Positions 38,095 to 51,364 of a stretch of 64,000 bases of DNA are shown here, in pieces. The position numbers were made by a program, and so were the translations under genes. The notes under the pieces are model-generated. The model was given only the letters and a program-made list of their open reading frames with translations. It had not been told where the DNA came from and searched no databases. The stretch comes from Anthoceros angustus (Eukaryota; Plantae; Anthocerotophyta). Each line of letters opens with the position of its first letter. Position 1 is the stretch's first letter. The stretch covers positions 806,001 through 870,000 of the forward strand of contig VJWM01000016.1 of the NCBI GenBank assembly GCA_010909165.1, read 5' to 3'.

Positions 38095-41000
38095 TTGGCG
38101 CCAACTGGTGAGATGGTGGATATATTGAGCGAGGGACAAAGCGATGATTTGTCTCTTATCCCTCGTATTCAGCGGGAATCGGAGTGTCTTCGAATTCTGC
38201 GTGGTTTCATTGAAGGTCAACACCGCTCCAACCTCACAGCCATCCGTGTTTCACGAAGAACATACCAGGTCCCGTTGATGTGCGACGCGCTGTTTCGACA
38301 ATCCTTAATGCTTGCAGTCAATTATGTGCTCACCTCATGTTATACTTGCTAGTATGTCCAATGTTCTCCTTGCTACAATGGGTTGTTTGGCACAGATGGG
38401 CCCTCAAACAGAAGCGGAGCAAAGGCGCCAAACCCGATGGAGCGCTAGCGGGGGAGAAAAAACGGACCAGGCGGCAGGCCTTTGATTCGCAGGGCCCCAT
38501 GGAGACTGTGACCAGTCCGGATCCGAAGGCATCAAGATGCATACCCCGACACCTGTGAACCCGCGCCCCACGACAACGTCCCCAACTAGAGCAACTTTCC
38601 AAAGTCCTTACAAGCAAGCAGACATCGACATGATCGGAAGGATGCTTCAGGACAACTCTCCTTTCGATATATCTGACACGAGTTGGACTGTGCAACAACG
38701 TCCTGCAGGACGGTTGGTATTTCTGTACCTCTTGGGTGCTGGACAAGCCAGTTCAAAGCCCTCATGTCTTGGTGCTGTTTTGTTCACGCAATTCGTGGAG
38801 AAGGATGACCAAGGGTATGTCATTTTTTTGTGTACACTGAAGACAAACCAGCTTCTGAAACTTGACCCCAATGTCGTCCGAGTCTACTCAGCTGTGATCA
38901 AGAATTTTGACACGGTGGCTTGCCAGCCGGAAAGCGTCCGTGAAGAACTGCAGGCTTGCAGAAAAATGATGGGCACAGAGTTTTCCACAAGGTAATGCAC
39001 CAAGTATGTTTAGAAGGCGTTAGGCAGGCTGCTGGTACTCTGTCGGATTCAGGTGTAAACCCACCCGTCGCCGCAGTGGGTGGTAGTGGATCATCGGCCG
39101 GTGAAAGCAGCATAGGACGGCACATCGACTTGACGGGAATTCAAAGCATCCAAGCGGTGCATCCGCCGGCAAGCACACCAGCAGTGCATCTGCCAGGAAG
39201 CAACAACAGAGCACTGCATCAGCCGGGAAGCATCTTGAAGATGGCGGAAATCATTTCACAAGGGCATCTACAGGAAAGCAACCAGCTTCACCGGGATGCA
39301 ACCGAGCAAAGGCATCCGAGGGAAGCATCCTGCAATGCCATGGTGGGGAAACATCCTAGCATTGCATCTGCTCAGAGGTCTGCAATACAACCAATTGCAA
39401 ATGATCCAGCAGCATCGGCGTCGGTTTCCGTCGGCCCCCGAGCCAATGCGTCCGGTGTGCACCGGACGTCCCGGGTTTTGACTATGGCCAACAGACTTGG
39501 TGATTCTTCAAGGCTACAGAAGGAAGCTAGCTTGACCGGGTATGACGAGGATATGGAGAACGACGGTGAGGACACAGAGGACTATGCGATGGCGTCCTAC
39601 CCGCCGAGGAGGACGAAGATGATCAAGACGGTGAAGATGGCTCAGAAGCCTGGAAGGAGACCTGCGAGGCTAATGACGATGAGCATGACCTCGAGGTCCT
39701 GTCCCCACTGCATGATTGCTCACAGCGGTCTTGGCTTGTCCGGATCGCAGGAGGGTGCAGCAGTCGCCCGTGGGAATGCATCAAAGGCGGCGAGGAGGAG
39801 GGAGAGATGGCAAACCAATCGATGAGAAGGCGCGGGCCAGTAGTGGCAAAGCCAAGAAGGCAAGGGCAAACGGAGAAGCCTGCAATTGCAATTGGGAGCG
39901 AAGAGTCGGAGGAGGAGGATGAACCGCTTCCGTGTTTGTGGAGATTGCCAAGGATAGCGCGGTGGCTACAGACGATGTGAGCTTCGCCATCAAAGCGTAT
40001 GCAAGCCGGACGTGGAAAGGGACGTATCGCAATGAAGAGAGTGTGGGAGTCTACTCGCCAATCAAGTGTTGCACCCCAGGAATTGTGTCGATGTGGTGAG
40101 GAAGTTGGATCTCGCATGGGTAGAGGCTTTGATGCAAAAGATGAAGCATTGTCCACTGGGTGGTGTGTTGCCCATGGTTGTGGTTGTGGATCCGTCACAA
40201 TGTGCTACACAAGAGAATTTCAACGTTCAGAAGGTGGACAGGGGGGATTACATTTTTTTCGTCTTAGGGGAAACCATTCCTTCCGTGCAAGGTCCCTACT
40301 GCCTCATCTGCACTCCACCGTGGAAGAGTACAAGTGGATGGATGCATATGTGCTCATTGGACTCAGAGGGCGAGATGAGGATCGTAGCCACGGACCACAA
40401 CACCATAGCGACGCCAGAAGACATTTACCTTCATGGACCGTGTGCGTTACATCGTGAGTTCTTGTCTCGGAGGTCGAAGGGTTTGAAGTGTGACGTGGAT
40501 TGGAAGCTAGATGTGTATGCACGACAGGTGATCCCCAAGTGGGATGCGACCAAGCATGGCCCCAAGGTGCGATATCACGCCGTGGACAATAGGACCTTTG
40601 GATTATTGTGTGGCTAAAGTTGACGAAGTGTGGAGGTATGTGGACGAGATTTTGAGAAGTGGGAATGTAAGCAACTACGAGCGGATAGATCTTGCCCGAG
40701 CACTAGCGGTAACAGCGAAGGCTACAAGGAAGTCGAGGAAATGCAGCCGCGAGAGATCTTGTGGTCATCGATGTGAAGGAATCGGATGTTCTGTGAGAGT
40801 GTGGAAGTGTTTTCGTGGTATCGAGCACTCAAGCAACAACAATTTGAAGACGGCATGCATGAAGGTTTTGGCTGGAGAAATGAGCTTGAAGCAAATGCAA
40901 GAGTGGGTGGAGAAGGCCAAAAAATTGAACCTCATTCACATCACCCTTGCGAAGAACCTGAATTGTGAGACTTTCCAGCAGGTTAGGGATCGATACCCTC

Positions 41001-42490
41001 AATACAGCACGGTGGAGCAGATCAGCAACTTTCAACCGGCATTCAAAAATATGGTAAGTGACATGGACGGCAAGCACCGGCCACCCGGTGCATGTGATAT
41101 GTACTAAACAGAAATATGCTTGTTTGCGCATGGTTTGTTTCCACGTCTGACAGTTGGAACTTTGCCATTGCGTGCAGCGGGCCAATGCCTGTCTCGAGTG
41201 GAGTGCACTCCCTGACAATTTCAAGGAACATGTTTTGAAAGCCAAAGCTTGGAGGATAATGGCAGATGAGCAGCGACAATTGTTGGAGGCCTCCAGTACC
41301 GAAAAGTTACAGACTTTCAGGGATGACGCCGGAGAACCTGCAGGGTAGGTATAGTATGTGGCAACATCGTGCAGATGGCCCAGTTTCTAGAACCCCGTCC
41401 GTTTGCCATGATTCTGTTGGACTTGCCCCGGGGGTTGAATTTGGATGCGAACTCTAGGGAGTATGACACGCGGTTCACTCGTCAGGAATTTGAGAAGATC
41501 ATAATGACATTCCAAGGCATCACAACGTCTGAGGTTTTTCGAGTCGTGGTATTCCATTCGCCTGATGATATGTCCATGGTTCGTGAAGTTTTGCTTGCAG
41601 CATGTAAAGGTGGTGTCACGTCGTGCTTCTGGCACAAAACTAATGTGACGGCACCCTCCACAGATAAGCTGTATGATGCAGGTGATTACATCACCACGGG
41701 CGCAGGCTCCTTAAAGCAGGATTGTCTGCCTCAGCATTTCTCCCTCAGTGCAGCAGCTGATGTTATGAATGACGGAGGGTTGACAACTTGCTTTGAGAAG
41801 GTCATGGAACATAAGCTATGTTACAACACGAGATGATAGGGTGGTTTCCCCTACGAAGCCCATTAGATTGTTGAGGAAGTTGATTGAGTACACAATGGAA
41901 GGCGAGTGGATCCTAGATGGTTGTGCGAGGCTCTGGTTCGGTATGGTAGCGACCCTCAAGTCGCCGCAATGTCATTTCGATGACGTAGATCCCGAGCGGT
42001 GCAATTCATGGGTTTGCGGCTCAATACGATGGACAAGCGCCAAGCGAGGAGGAGGAGGTGGGAGGCGTTGGCGGGTATGCACCCAAGGCGTGCGACAAGA
42101 GCCCATGGTGAACACATCGCGGTGGCGAGGTTTTTGTGGGTGCAGGCGGCGTGCGGACAAGAAGGCGCGATGCACAATTGAGGCGTGTCGATCCACTTTC
42201 GGCTGGTGTTGTAGGACATCCGTCGACAAGTGCAGGGGAGGTTAGTGAGAAACGCGCAGCGCACATTGGCGAGATGGCTGCGAAGAGGCTTTTGCAACAT
42301 TGGGGGCGATGGATCGAGGTCCATCCTTGAGGACGAGAAGTATGATGGCCGATTGACTCTCCGGACAACTTCGCGTGACCAAAACAAACTTGTAGCATCC
42401 GAATCGGATTGGGAGAGAGTTGTGAGGGCTAGGAAATGCAGGGCGACCGGTTGGGTTAACGTTGCTTTTGTGTTGGACTCAAAGCTTTGA
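38095..42490 (+). pseudogene. Degenerate transposon cargo gene: unknown N-terminus, low-complexity linker, ParB/Srx-like domain, beta-class amino-DNA methyltransferase
   Basis: LDLAWVEALMQKM...FFVLG(G)NHSFRAR...EMRIVATDHN (40090-40400). Phase-0 GT-AG intron 41054-41153. MILLDLPRG (motif IV-like), FWHKTN, PTKPIRLLRKLIEY..EGEWILDGCA(G)SGS (motifs X/I) and RNVISM.VDPE. Several frameshifts. Confidence 0.65.
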
Positions 42491-43582
42491 GACAACTTAC
42501 GTCTGACAGCCCCATGTCTTACAACACCGGACAGCCGGTGATAAAGGCATTCGGTGTCCATTGTGTCCGATTGATCCAAGCTCGGCTTGCGAACCATTTT
42601 TGTTCACGATGGCTTTTCGGGCAAGGGAGAAACATGGTCGGCTGAACAACATTGCATCAATGAGCATCCTCATGCATATCCTTCAATCGAACACCGGAAA
42701 AGGGGATTGAGAACTACGCCACGCCGCCCAATCGCCATTTCCTGAGCACCGCGTCACGGCGCATTGGTGTGCATGAGTTGGCCCCTGCGAGGCGAGGCGT
42801 AGGGAAGGCGGTAGTGGCACCCGATTCGAGCTTCGTCCATGTGCGTGAAGTGTCATGGCCGAGACCTTATCGGAATTGCATTTCGCACATCGACCATGCC
42901 GGGCGCTTATACCAGACCAACGAATAGCGAAATGCATTGCTATAAGAAATTCGGTCTGAACACGGCCACACGGGGTCTATTGTGGTGGAAAGCCTTCGCC
43001 GCGCGGGTGATTAGTCGCGGACATGATGAATGCATTCATCATATGCATGTAAAGGGACGATGTCACGATGCGTGTACGACCGCATTGAACCCGCAATTGT
43101 AAATAGATTGCCGCAGGTGTGTCCGAAAGGCCGGTATGAAGTTGAGATTTCATCCAATTTCGGTAGTGCAACCTCGGGCTGCACACTAAAATGGATTCAT
43201 ACCATTCGCACATTCACGGATGTCCGGGTCATACAAGTCTGATACAATGTCGTCGCTCTTTTTTGGTGATCGGACCCTTAAACTCATTTTGTGGACCTTT
43301 TTTTAATATCCATTTTGTGCGGCCTATAAATTGCATGTATCTGTCTTAAAGAATTGGCAGAAATTCATGAGAACTTGGAGGAGTGTAGACCATGTGAAGG
43401 TCTTATTACCTTAAAACCATTGAAATGCATGGTTTCATTCTTAAAGTCACATCTTTATCATGCAATTTTTTTAAAAAATTCTGCAAATTATGAAATTCAA
43501 GCTTTTTTATTTCCAGGTCCCAAATTTCACCCCCTCAAAACCAGAGACGAGGAGCCGTCTCCCACTCTTAGGAGACCTTGTT

Positions 43583-43980
43583 TAAAGGTCAGTGGGAGCC
43601 TAGAATGCGAGTTTTAGAGGAGAGCTAGGTGTCATGGGAGCCTAGAGTGTGAGTCTATAGAGTGTGAGCCTAGAGTGTGTGCCTAGAGTGTGTGAGTGTG
43701 AGCCTAGAGTGTGTGAATGTCAGTGGGAGCCTCGAGTGCGAGTGTGTGAGTCTATAGTGTGAGTGTGTATAGAGGAGATCTGGCTGTCGTGGGACCCTAG
43801 AGTGTGAGAGTGAGCCTAGACTGAGAGCGTGAGCCTAGAGTGTGAGGGTGTCTTCTAGAGAGCTGGGTGTCCTAGGAGTCAGAGTGTGAGGGTGTCTACA
43901 AGAGAGTTGGGTGTCATTGGAGCCTAGAGGAGAGCTGGGTGTCTAGAGGATAGCTCTCAAGAATATGAGGGGAGAAAGCT
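43583..43980 (+). repeat. Continuation of the split LTR-family copy, expanded into a degenerate gagcctagagtgtgag array
   Basis: Reverse complement of the gctcacactctaggctc motif of copies A and B, repeated many times. Confidence 0.7.
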
Positions 43981-44383
43981 AGAGAGAGATATGTACCTCA
44001 TTTGGTACTAAAAATTCAGTGAAAATATACCTCATTTGGTACTGAAACTCAGAAAAAATATACCTCATTTGGTACTAAAAATTCAGGAAAAAAATACGGG
44101 CGTGTATCCCTTCCTTTTGACTATCGTTCGGGACCACCATTGTCCAACCCGGATGTCTGCAGTATGACATATGGGCCCATTGCCATGCAGACACATGACA
44201 CTAGACCTGGCTCGGTTCGGAATGCGTGCCTTGTAGACACATGACACCATACCTGGCCTGGTTCATAATACGTTTGGTCCCATTTTTTCAGGTTTGGAAT
44301 GCGTTTCTTCCCATTTTTTCACCTATTTTATCCTTTTAAAAACGACAGATAGATCACAACGAATGCTGTTTTTTAATCACAAT

Positions 44384-45055
44384 AATAAGAAGCCTTGTAT
44401 GAGAAGCATGCAACCCTGGATCTAGTTTAGTAAGTTATAAGTAGTGGTGGTAAGACTCAACTTAGGGCTTAAGGAAGTTAGTCTGCTCTAGGAGTTACTT
44501 TGGGAATGATGTAAGCCTCTCTATAAAAGCAGATGAGGCTAGTCCTAAAGAGGATCATAGGACCTAGAGAGGAGCATACTATGATCCTAGCATTGGGAGT
44601 TACACTCGGGAGGATAGGACTATTCCAGCAAGAGTCAAGAATATATGAGAGATCATAGAGAGCTCCCCAATCTTTACCTAAGTTAGGCGCTTAGCTCTCT
44701 CCCCTCGATCTCCTCCTCAAACAGCTCTCCTCTAGCACGCTCACACTCTAGGCTCCCGAGGCCTGTAGGCACCTCAGTCCTATCCTCACAAGAGTGTAAC
44801 CCTAAGTGCTAGGATTCTTCTAGACATGCTCACACTCTAGGCTCCCAAAGCCTTTAGGCACCTTAGTGCGGTGCTGGTAGCTACTTGGAGGCCTAGTGTT
44901 GTGCTGGTAGCTACTTGGAGGCCTAGTGTTGTGCTGGTAGCTACTTGGAGGCCTAGTGCTGTGCTGGTAGCTACTGGAGGCCTAGTGCTGTGCTGGTATC
45001 CGGTGATGTTTTTGCCGCTGCGTGACTGCCCACCTTGCTAAAAGGGGGTGTTACT
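44384..45055 (+). mobile_element. Solo-LTR-like insertion (copy C, 672 bp) with 5-bp TSD and an internal inversion
   Basis: ACAAT at 44379-44383 and 45056-45060. Termini AATAAGAAGCC...GGGGTGTTACT. TATAAAAG at 44522. Segment ~44622-44866 is inverted relative to the rest; 30-bp tandem array at ~44872-44998. Confidence 0.8.
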
Positions 45056-45160
45056 ACAATACCCTTATTGGGTGCATTAAAAAAACGTCGTATATTTGAA
45101 AATATCGAGGTTGGAGACACCCACCAAAGACTCATTTTGAGTCTTTGCGTCCACCTGGGG

Positions 45161-46927
45161 TTAAACGAAGGCGGTGTCAACTTCGCCATAGGCAACACCC
45201 ACTTCATCATCCTGATCGTCTTCGTCATACACCACTCTCATGTACAACTGTACGGTCCCAACTGTCAGAGCTGGTAGTCTATTTACACCCTCAGGGCCTG
45301 CTTCTACTCGTAAAAACGGCCACCTTAGCCGCTCGGCTGCTTCGCATTCTTCCATGCCGTCGCCAATCACACAAAACCTGGTTGCTGGATGAGAGTATCG
45401 CTCTTTGATTCCTCGGAAGCAAGCTAACTTGTCAACAACACGGGAGCTGTAAACTGCAGAATGGCACAGACCAGACAAAAGCCGCGATCAGTCTCGTCCT
45501 TCACAAAGCGTAAGACGGACACGAAAGTAGCACAGGATGACATGGAGCTGCTTACTCTTGTCACATTCTATGAATGGGTCGAGCTTGAAGAGTAGGCACT
45601 TTACAATACTTGGTATGAGAACCCCTGATGTCACCAATACGTTCACACTACGACTCCTCCTCGTTTTCTCCGTCATGGGTGAACCATTTTGGTCGACCAC
45701 GACTGCTGTGTCGTTCCGGCCATCACGATCACCTTCATGTACCTTCAGGCAGTCGGCTAGGAGTGCCCTTCCTGCGAGGACCAAAACGGACCAAGACATG
45801 TTCAAATGAGCATTTCACAACATACATCGTCAGGGAGGCAGGACGCGAGATACACCGAGAAAGCACATACCTGCAGAAAGCCATCCGTCTGTGTACTTGT
45901 CGGTTGCCTCATACAGCCTGTTCCATTCGGCTAGCTCTTCTTCCGGCAATAATCTTTCCAATCCCTGAAAGTGTACAAAACAACGGTGAGTCCGCATCAA
46001 TCATAATGACACTCCTCCACACTGTTACTGGAACCCAACCCAAGGAGGCACCCTATTACCTGAGAGTACAGATGACTGACCCATCGATGGCGGTACGCAA
46101 ACTTCCTCAGACTCACAGCATCCGACGGAACCTTAAACCCGTCTGCGCCAAAGCTGTAGCCAGACAAATCTGCCCCATCATCATATTCAATCAGCGAGCT
46201 GATATTCGGTTCACAAAATTCCTCAACCTGCTTGCAGATCACCCCACAGCCTGTCTAGTGAGCAAACCACACCAACTACACTTCGCTTCCAGACCAAAAC
46301 CCCAAGCTGAAACGTCGCAACAGTACGTGTCCATTAAAGTGCAACTACCTCCTCGAAAAAGAAATGGGAATCGCAGACACGAAATATGAGCCTCTCCCAG
46401 CACCGCCCCAGCAAGGCTCCCAACTCCGGGTCCTTGGCTTGGCCATACAACTTCCCATACGTTCCCTTCTTCAGCGAATTGAAAATGATAAGCGTCTCAT
46501 CGAGGTCCCACAGAAACACCGTGCATGCCTCGGACTTGGACCGGCCGTCCTCCGACGCTAACCGTCCGGCCGAAACCTTGATTTGCGGACTCTTCATCAA
46601 CGGCGCCTTGTTGCCTGCGTCCAAATCCTCTTCAGTGCCCGACGCCCGGAGCTTCTTCCGGCACTCTTCCTCAGCTTCAGTTTCTGCCTTCGCCTCGGCT
46701 TCTGCTATCGCTCCTGCTTCTGCTTCAATCCCTTTCACTCCGCCCTGACTGGCCTCCGGCTTCAGCTTGAGGGCACGCGAGGGAAAACAGCACCTGCTCC
46801 TGCCCTTCTTACTAGACGAATTTGAAGCAGCGTCCGCGTTGGCAGCTGGGGAACCATCCTCCCCACTCATCAGAAACATGAACCGCCTGAAGCCGGCTCT
46901 CAGAATCCTTTGCCCCGTCCTAGCCAC
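45161..46927 (-). CDS. EYA: Eyes absent (EYA) HAD-family protein phosphatase, multi-exon; start codon uncertain
   Basis: VFLWDLDETLIIFNSL (DxDxT), YDDGADLSGYSF..DGF...LRKFAYRHR, NVLVTSGVLIPSIVKCLLFKL, FCVIGDGMEECEAAE..WPF. Confidence 0.93.
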
Positions 46928-47934
46928 CTCTTTCTAGGGCTTCCTGCCGGCTCCCTTCCTCCGCTAGTCCAATCCCTGCACGTCTTCCCATACGCATATC
47001 CTCCCCATGCCCACCAAGCCTGGAGGCCTGCGCTCTCCGTGCTGGCAAAAGCTGCGGCTAAACCACTCCCTGATGAAGCTCAACCAGATGCTTCCCTGAA
47101 GCACTCTCGTTCTGACGAGCACGAGCAGAAGTTGGCGGGTCGCTACCGGACGACGGGCACCAGCCTGTCGCCCCCGTGAAACGAAATGCGCTTGTCGGGA
47201 GAGGCGTAAATAATACCTACGAGTTGTTGCCGTTGCTGGGAAGAAGAGCTTTCCTGTAAACACAGAATGACGTTTGTTGTTGCATGGAGGCATCACTGCC
47301 TAAGGAAGTGAGTGGCTGTTGCCTGGAGACGAGGCCACCGCGACGGGCAATGCCGGTTCTCCGGTGGACGCCCGTCGACACCGTGGGCTGCACGACGTAC
47401 GAAGCTTCCAGACCAGGCATCTGAAACGAGAAAACGTCGTCGCTTCAACCCTAATTTCGTCATCACTCTGACCGAGGCGGAGGCAGAGGAGAAGGCGACG
47501 CCAAGTGCGCAGGGTGGCAGGTGCGCGGCCGGCCGGCCGGCACGTAGCCATCTGCGCGCATGCAACCGTGTCTTCCATTTGCAAGCACGCGAGAGATGCC
47601 GGCCAGCGCAGTACAGTACAGTAGGTGAACATTCCCTCGTCGTGCATTCTTGATCAGCCACAGGCAATTTGACTGGTAAGCCAAACTGATCCCAACTTCG
47701 ACTATCACTCAACACTCTGTTGTTGACACACTTCTTCCACCAACTGCACTTCCCGTAGCCGGTAGGTGTGCTGGTTACCGGCAAGCTTTTGCGGCACCCA
47801 CCATGCCGTGAGAGAACGAAGGGGCGTTGATGACGGATTGAGGCGAGAAATCGAGGCCGCGGCAATCTGCCACATTCAATTCTAGAAAGGTCTTGTATGG
47901 TGGACAATTACTATTGTCAAATACGTTTTTTAGT

Positions 47935-50250
47935 CTAATGCTCCGTGAGGCCTTCCAAGACTTGGAAGTAGTTCGGGAAGGTCTTCCTTACACACTTCGG
48001 GTCGTTGATGGTGATGGCACTGTCTCCGGCGGCGGCCAGGGAGAAGGCCATGGCCATGCGGTGGTCATCGTAGGTGTCGATGGCAGCGGATTTGATGTAC
48101 TTCGGGGGAGTGATGATGCAGTAGTCAGCTCCTTCCTCCACATGGGCACCAAGCTGTTGCATGCCATGCGCACAAGGACGATGCAGTTTAGAAGCCAAGA
48201 TGTACGTACGTGGTTACGTATGAAAGGATGGACACAGGAGAACCAGCAGGCAGCGCACCTTGGCGAGCTCAGTGCAGATGGCGATCATTCGCTCTGTTTC
48301 CTTCACTCTCCAACTTCCAACTGCACCCAAGCTCAAGCAAAGCAAGCACATATGCTGAGGCCTATGAAAGACAAGTTTATTATTTCACAGGTTGCGTTGT
48401 TTTCGGGCTTCAGGTTTCTCACCATCTCGGATTGCCGTGGGGCCGTCGGCGAAGAGAGCAACCACAGCTAGTGTCATGGCAACATCAGGCATGGCATTCA
48501 TGTCCACATCGATTCCTTTCAACCGTTTGCCGGTGGCCTCAGAGATGGGAGCACCTGTTACCGTGACACTGTGCTCTGTCCACTCAACCTTGGCTCCCAT
48601 CTTCTCCAACACCTCAGCGAACTTTACATCACCCTGTGGGCAAAGGCACGACGGCGGTCAGGACCACAACGTTGGATATGATACCAGGAAGATGACTTGG
48701 AACACACCAATGTGACCAACAACCTGGAGGCTGCTTGTTCCACAACCTTCCACTGTCACTTTTCCCCCTGTCACAGCAGCGCCAGCAAGAAAATAGCTTG
48801 CACTTGAGGCATCTCCCTCAACATACGCACGTCCGGGAGTCCTGCATCAGATTGAGAGCCGAGGCACCACCATCAGCATCCAAGTATGAGCATGCATCAG
48901 GAAGTATAAAACCCTGAACCACTGTCCGGCACGGCAAGGGGTGCGCGTTGTACTTGTAAGTCTGTCCACCTTTGATGAGAAAGCGCTCCCAGCCTTCATA
49001 TCGCTCTACTTTCACTCCAAATCTTTCCATCAACTTCAAGGTCATGTCCACATAGGGCACTGAGATGAGCTTATCCACAATCTCAATGGTGATATCCCCC
49101 AATGCAAGCGGAGCTGCGAGAAGCAGAGCAGTAAGATATTGGCTGCTCACTGCGCCTGAAAGCTTCACCTGCACAGACAGAGGTGAGTGCTAAATCACGG
49201 CACCAAGAAAGGAAATCAAACCCATGAAGGATTGTAGAGGGGCGAGGATCAGAATCTCACTGTTCCTCCAGGGAGCCCGCCTTTGGCATTGACTGCAACA
49301 GGAGGACAGTTGGTGCCCAGTGTGCACTCCACATCTGCACCAAGCTGCTTCAAGCCCGACACAAGGTCCCCGATTGGCCTCTCCCGCATGCGAGGAACGC
49401 CATCCAAAATGTATCTGCCAAGAGCACCAACACGTGGGGTTTAAGCTTGCAAGTCCACCAGAAAAAAACAGAATACGGAACACTGCAAAATTTGTGACGT
49501 CAATGACAAGCAAAGCGTGGCACAACATGCAGACCTGGCGTTGCCACCAGCCACGGTCACCGCCGCTGTCAAAGGTCTCATAGCTGTTCCAGCATTCCCT
49601 AGAAACAATTGAATTTCTTGCTGAGCAGTCTGTCCAACGGGGAATCGGCCTCCAGAACCCACAATGCTCACTTCATTGGCTGCACGGTCCTCGGACACAT
49701 CCAACCCCAGGGCCGTCATGGCGCTCAACATATAGCGCACATCATCACTGTCCAGGAGGTTATCCACCACAGTCGTGCCCTGGCATCACGAATTCCTCAG
49801 CTCCCAAGACTCACACCCAATTCACACCAAGGACGCCAGCAAGAAAGGGAGCAACATCCAGGTGCGGTAACAGGCAGAACCCACCTCGGAGAGAGCTGCC
49901 AGCAAAAGCAGACGGTTGGAGAGGGACTTGGAGCCGGGCAGCTTGACAGTGCCATTGATCGCCTTCACAGGCTGCAACACCACCGTCTCCACCTTGTCGG
50001 CGGCAGCCGTGGAAGCCGACACCAGCAGCCAGTGGCGGGCAGTCTGCACCCGCACCCTGCTCGGAAGCGGCCGCTGAAGCTGCAGCTGCAGCTGCTGCTC
50101 GTCCGCAACCACATTCCTGACAGCACCCAGCACGGAGCAGGATACCCGGAGCGGGCGCTGCCATCCCTGCACCTCCTGCGCAGGCAGCTGGGCAGCTCCG
50201 AGTGAAGCAGGTGGCGCCCTGAGAGCGCCCATGGCCGCCATTCTCCACAA
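47935..50250 (-). CDS. EPSPS: EPSP synthase (AroA) with plastid transit peptide, intact, 8 exons (copy 2)
   Basis: [19 protein letters not shown]|[111 protein letters not shown]. All junctions GT-AG and in frame. Confidence 0.96.
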
Positions 50251-51364
50251 CCTTCAGGTGTCAACAGCACAGCATACCAAATGAAAGCTCAGCACTCAGC
50301 TGTCAGCTGGATCCTGCCCTGCCCATATCAGTCTACTTGCAGCCTGCAAACACCGCCTCGTGCATCAAACCAACTCCTCGGAACACGCCTCTTCCAATAA
50401 TTCAGCAGCCGGGGAAGTACAAACACACAACCGGACACTCGGCTGCGACTGCCTTGGTGAGGTGAGAGAGAGAAGGGGGAGGCCAATAATGCTCCATTTT
50501 CCTGCTGTAAAGATTTCCCTTTCCTCTACTCTACTCCATGTTATCTCCATGGATGCAATGTAATGCCATGCTGTTAGGACTCACAAACATCACAGTCAGA
50601 GCTACGCCACAGGATCAACACAGTTAGCAGACACAAGAAGCAGAGGCAATGGATGTCGGCTACAACAGCACCACTGGCTTGAGGTAAATAGTAAAGCTAG
50701 TCACTCACTCATATCAGCTAGACAGGACAATTATATGGTGCGCAGAAGCACTACATGTGTAGTATAGACTAGGATAGCCCTTGGGGCTTGGCATAACCTC
50801 GAGGACATGACTCTAATCTCCATATATTCAGCATCCTATATACTACGAGAAAGTAGCAGAGGCTTGCACTTGCCCATGTCTGCAGAATGAGCGGACTATG
50901 TAGGTCTCGCTGGCAGGTATCACACAAGCGGACATAGTCTTGCCTCCAGAGACGTTGCTACTTTTATTCATTCGAGGTTTCAGAAGCCAGAGCTAGCTTC
51001 TCACAGCATGCATCTTCTTCCTCTTTTTCCTTTGTCACACAGCGGCTTCAACACCAAGTTTGTGGTGTGTGGTATGTGTGTACGTAGCTCCCTTCCTAAT
51101 TCAGACGTAGATACAATGCTACTCTCTACCTTGCGTGAAATTTCATCCCTCTTCTCTCTCGACAACCCACGACAAATCCTTTACATCAATGCCAGACAGT
51201 ACAGCAAGTTTCTTGTTAGCTCCAGCTGACTCTCTGAGCCTGTCTACTCCTGTGCACCTGCCTGAAGCTGCATCCACATTTGCCACGAGGATGCATGGAG
51301 ACGCCTGCTGCTAAACCTGGCTCACAAGACTGTCAAAGCATTCCGCTAGGACAAAACGAGACTG

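Larger units (their letters stand above)
31987..43582. mobile_element. 11.6-kb decayed cut-and-paste DNA transposon (Sola-like by inference) with cargo gene
   Basis: Perfect 18-bp inverted repeat aaacaaggtctcctaaga (31986-32003) / tcttaggagaccttgttt (43566-43583), plus ggagac/gtctcc further inside. TAAA TSD at 31983-31986 and 43583-43586. The joined flanks restore a continuous LTR-family sequence. Confidence 0.85.

Noticed and set aside
41345-41374. Second intron in the methyltransferase cargo gene
   Set aside because: Only 30 bp and it does not restore the frame; more likely a stop or frameshift from decay.
47893-48471. Plus-strand ORFs over EPSPS (also 49609-50205 and 62127-62942)
   Set aside because: Antisense to well-supported EPSPS exons.
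49568-49605. Glyphosate-resistance substitution in EPSPS
   Set aside because: The motif reads wild-type [11 protein letters not shown].
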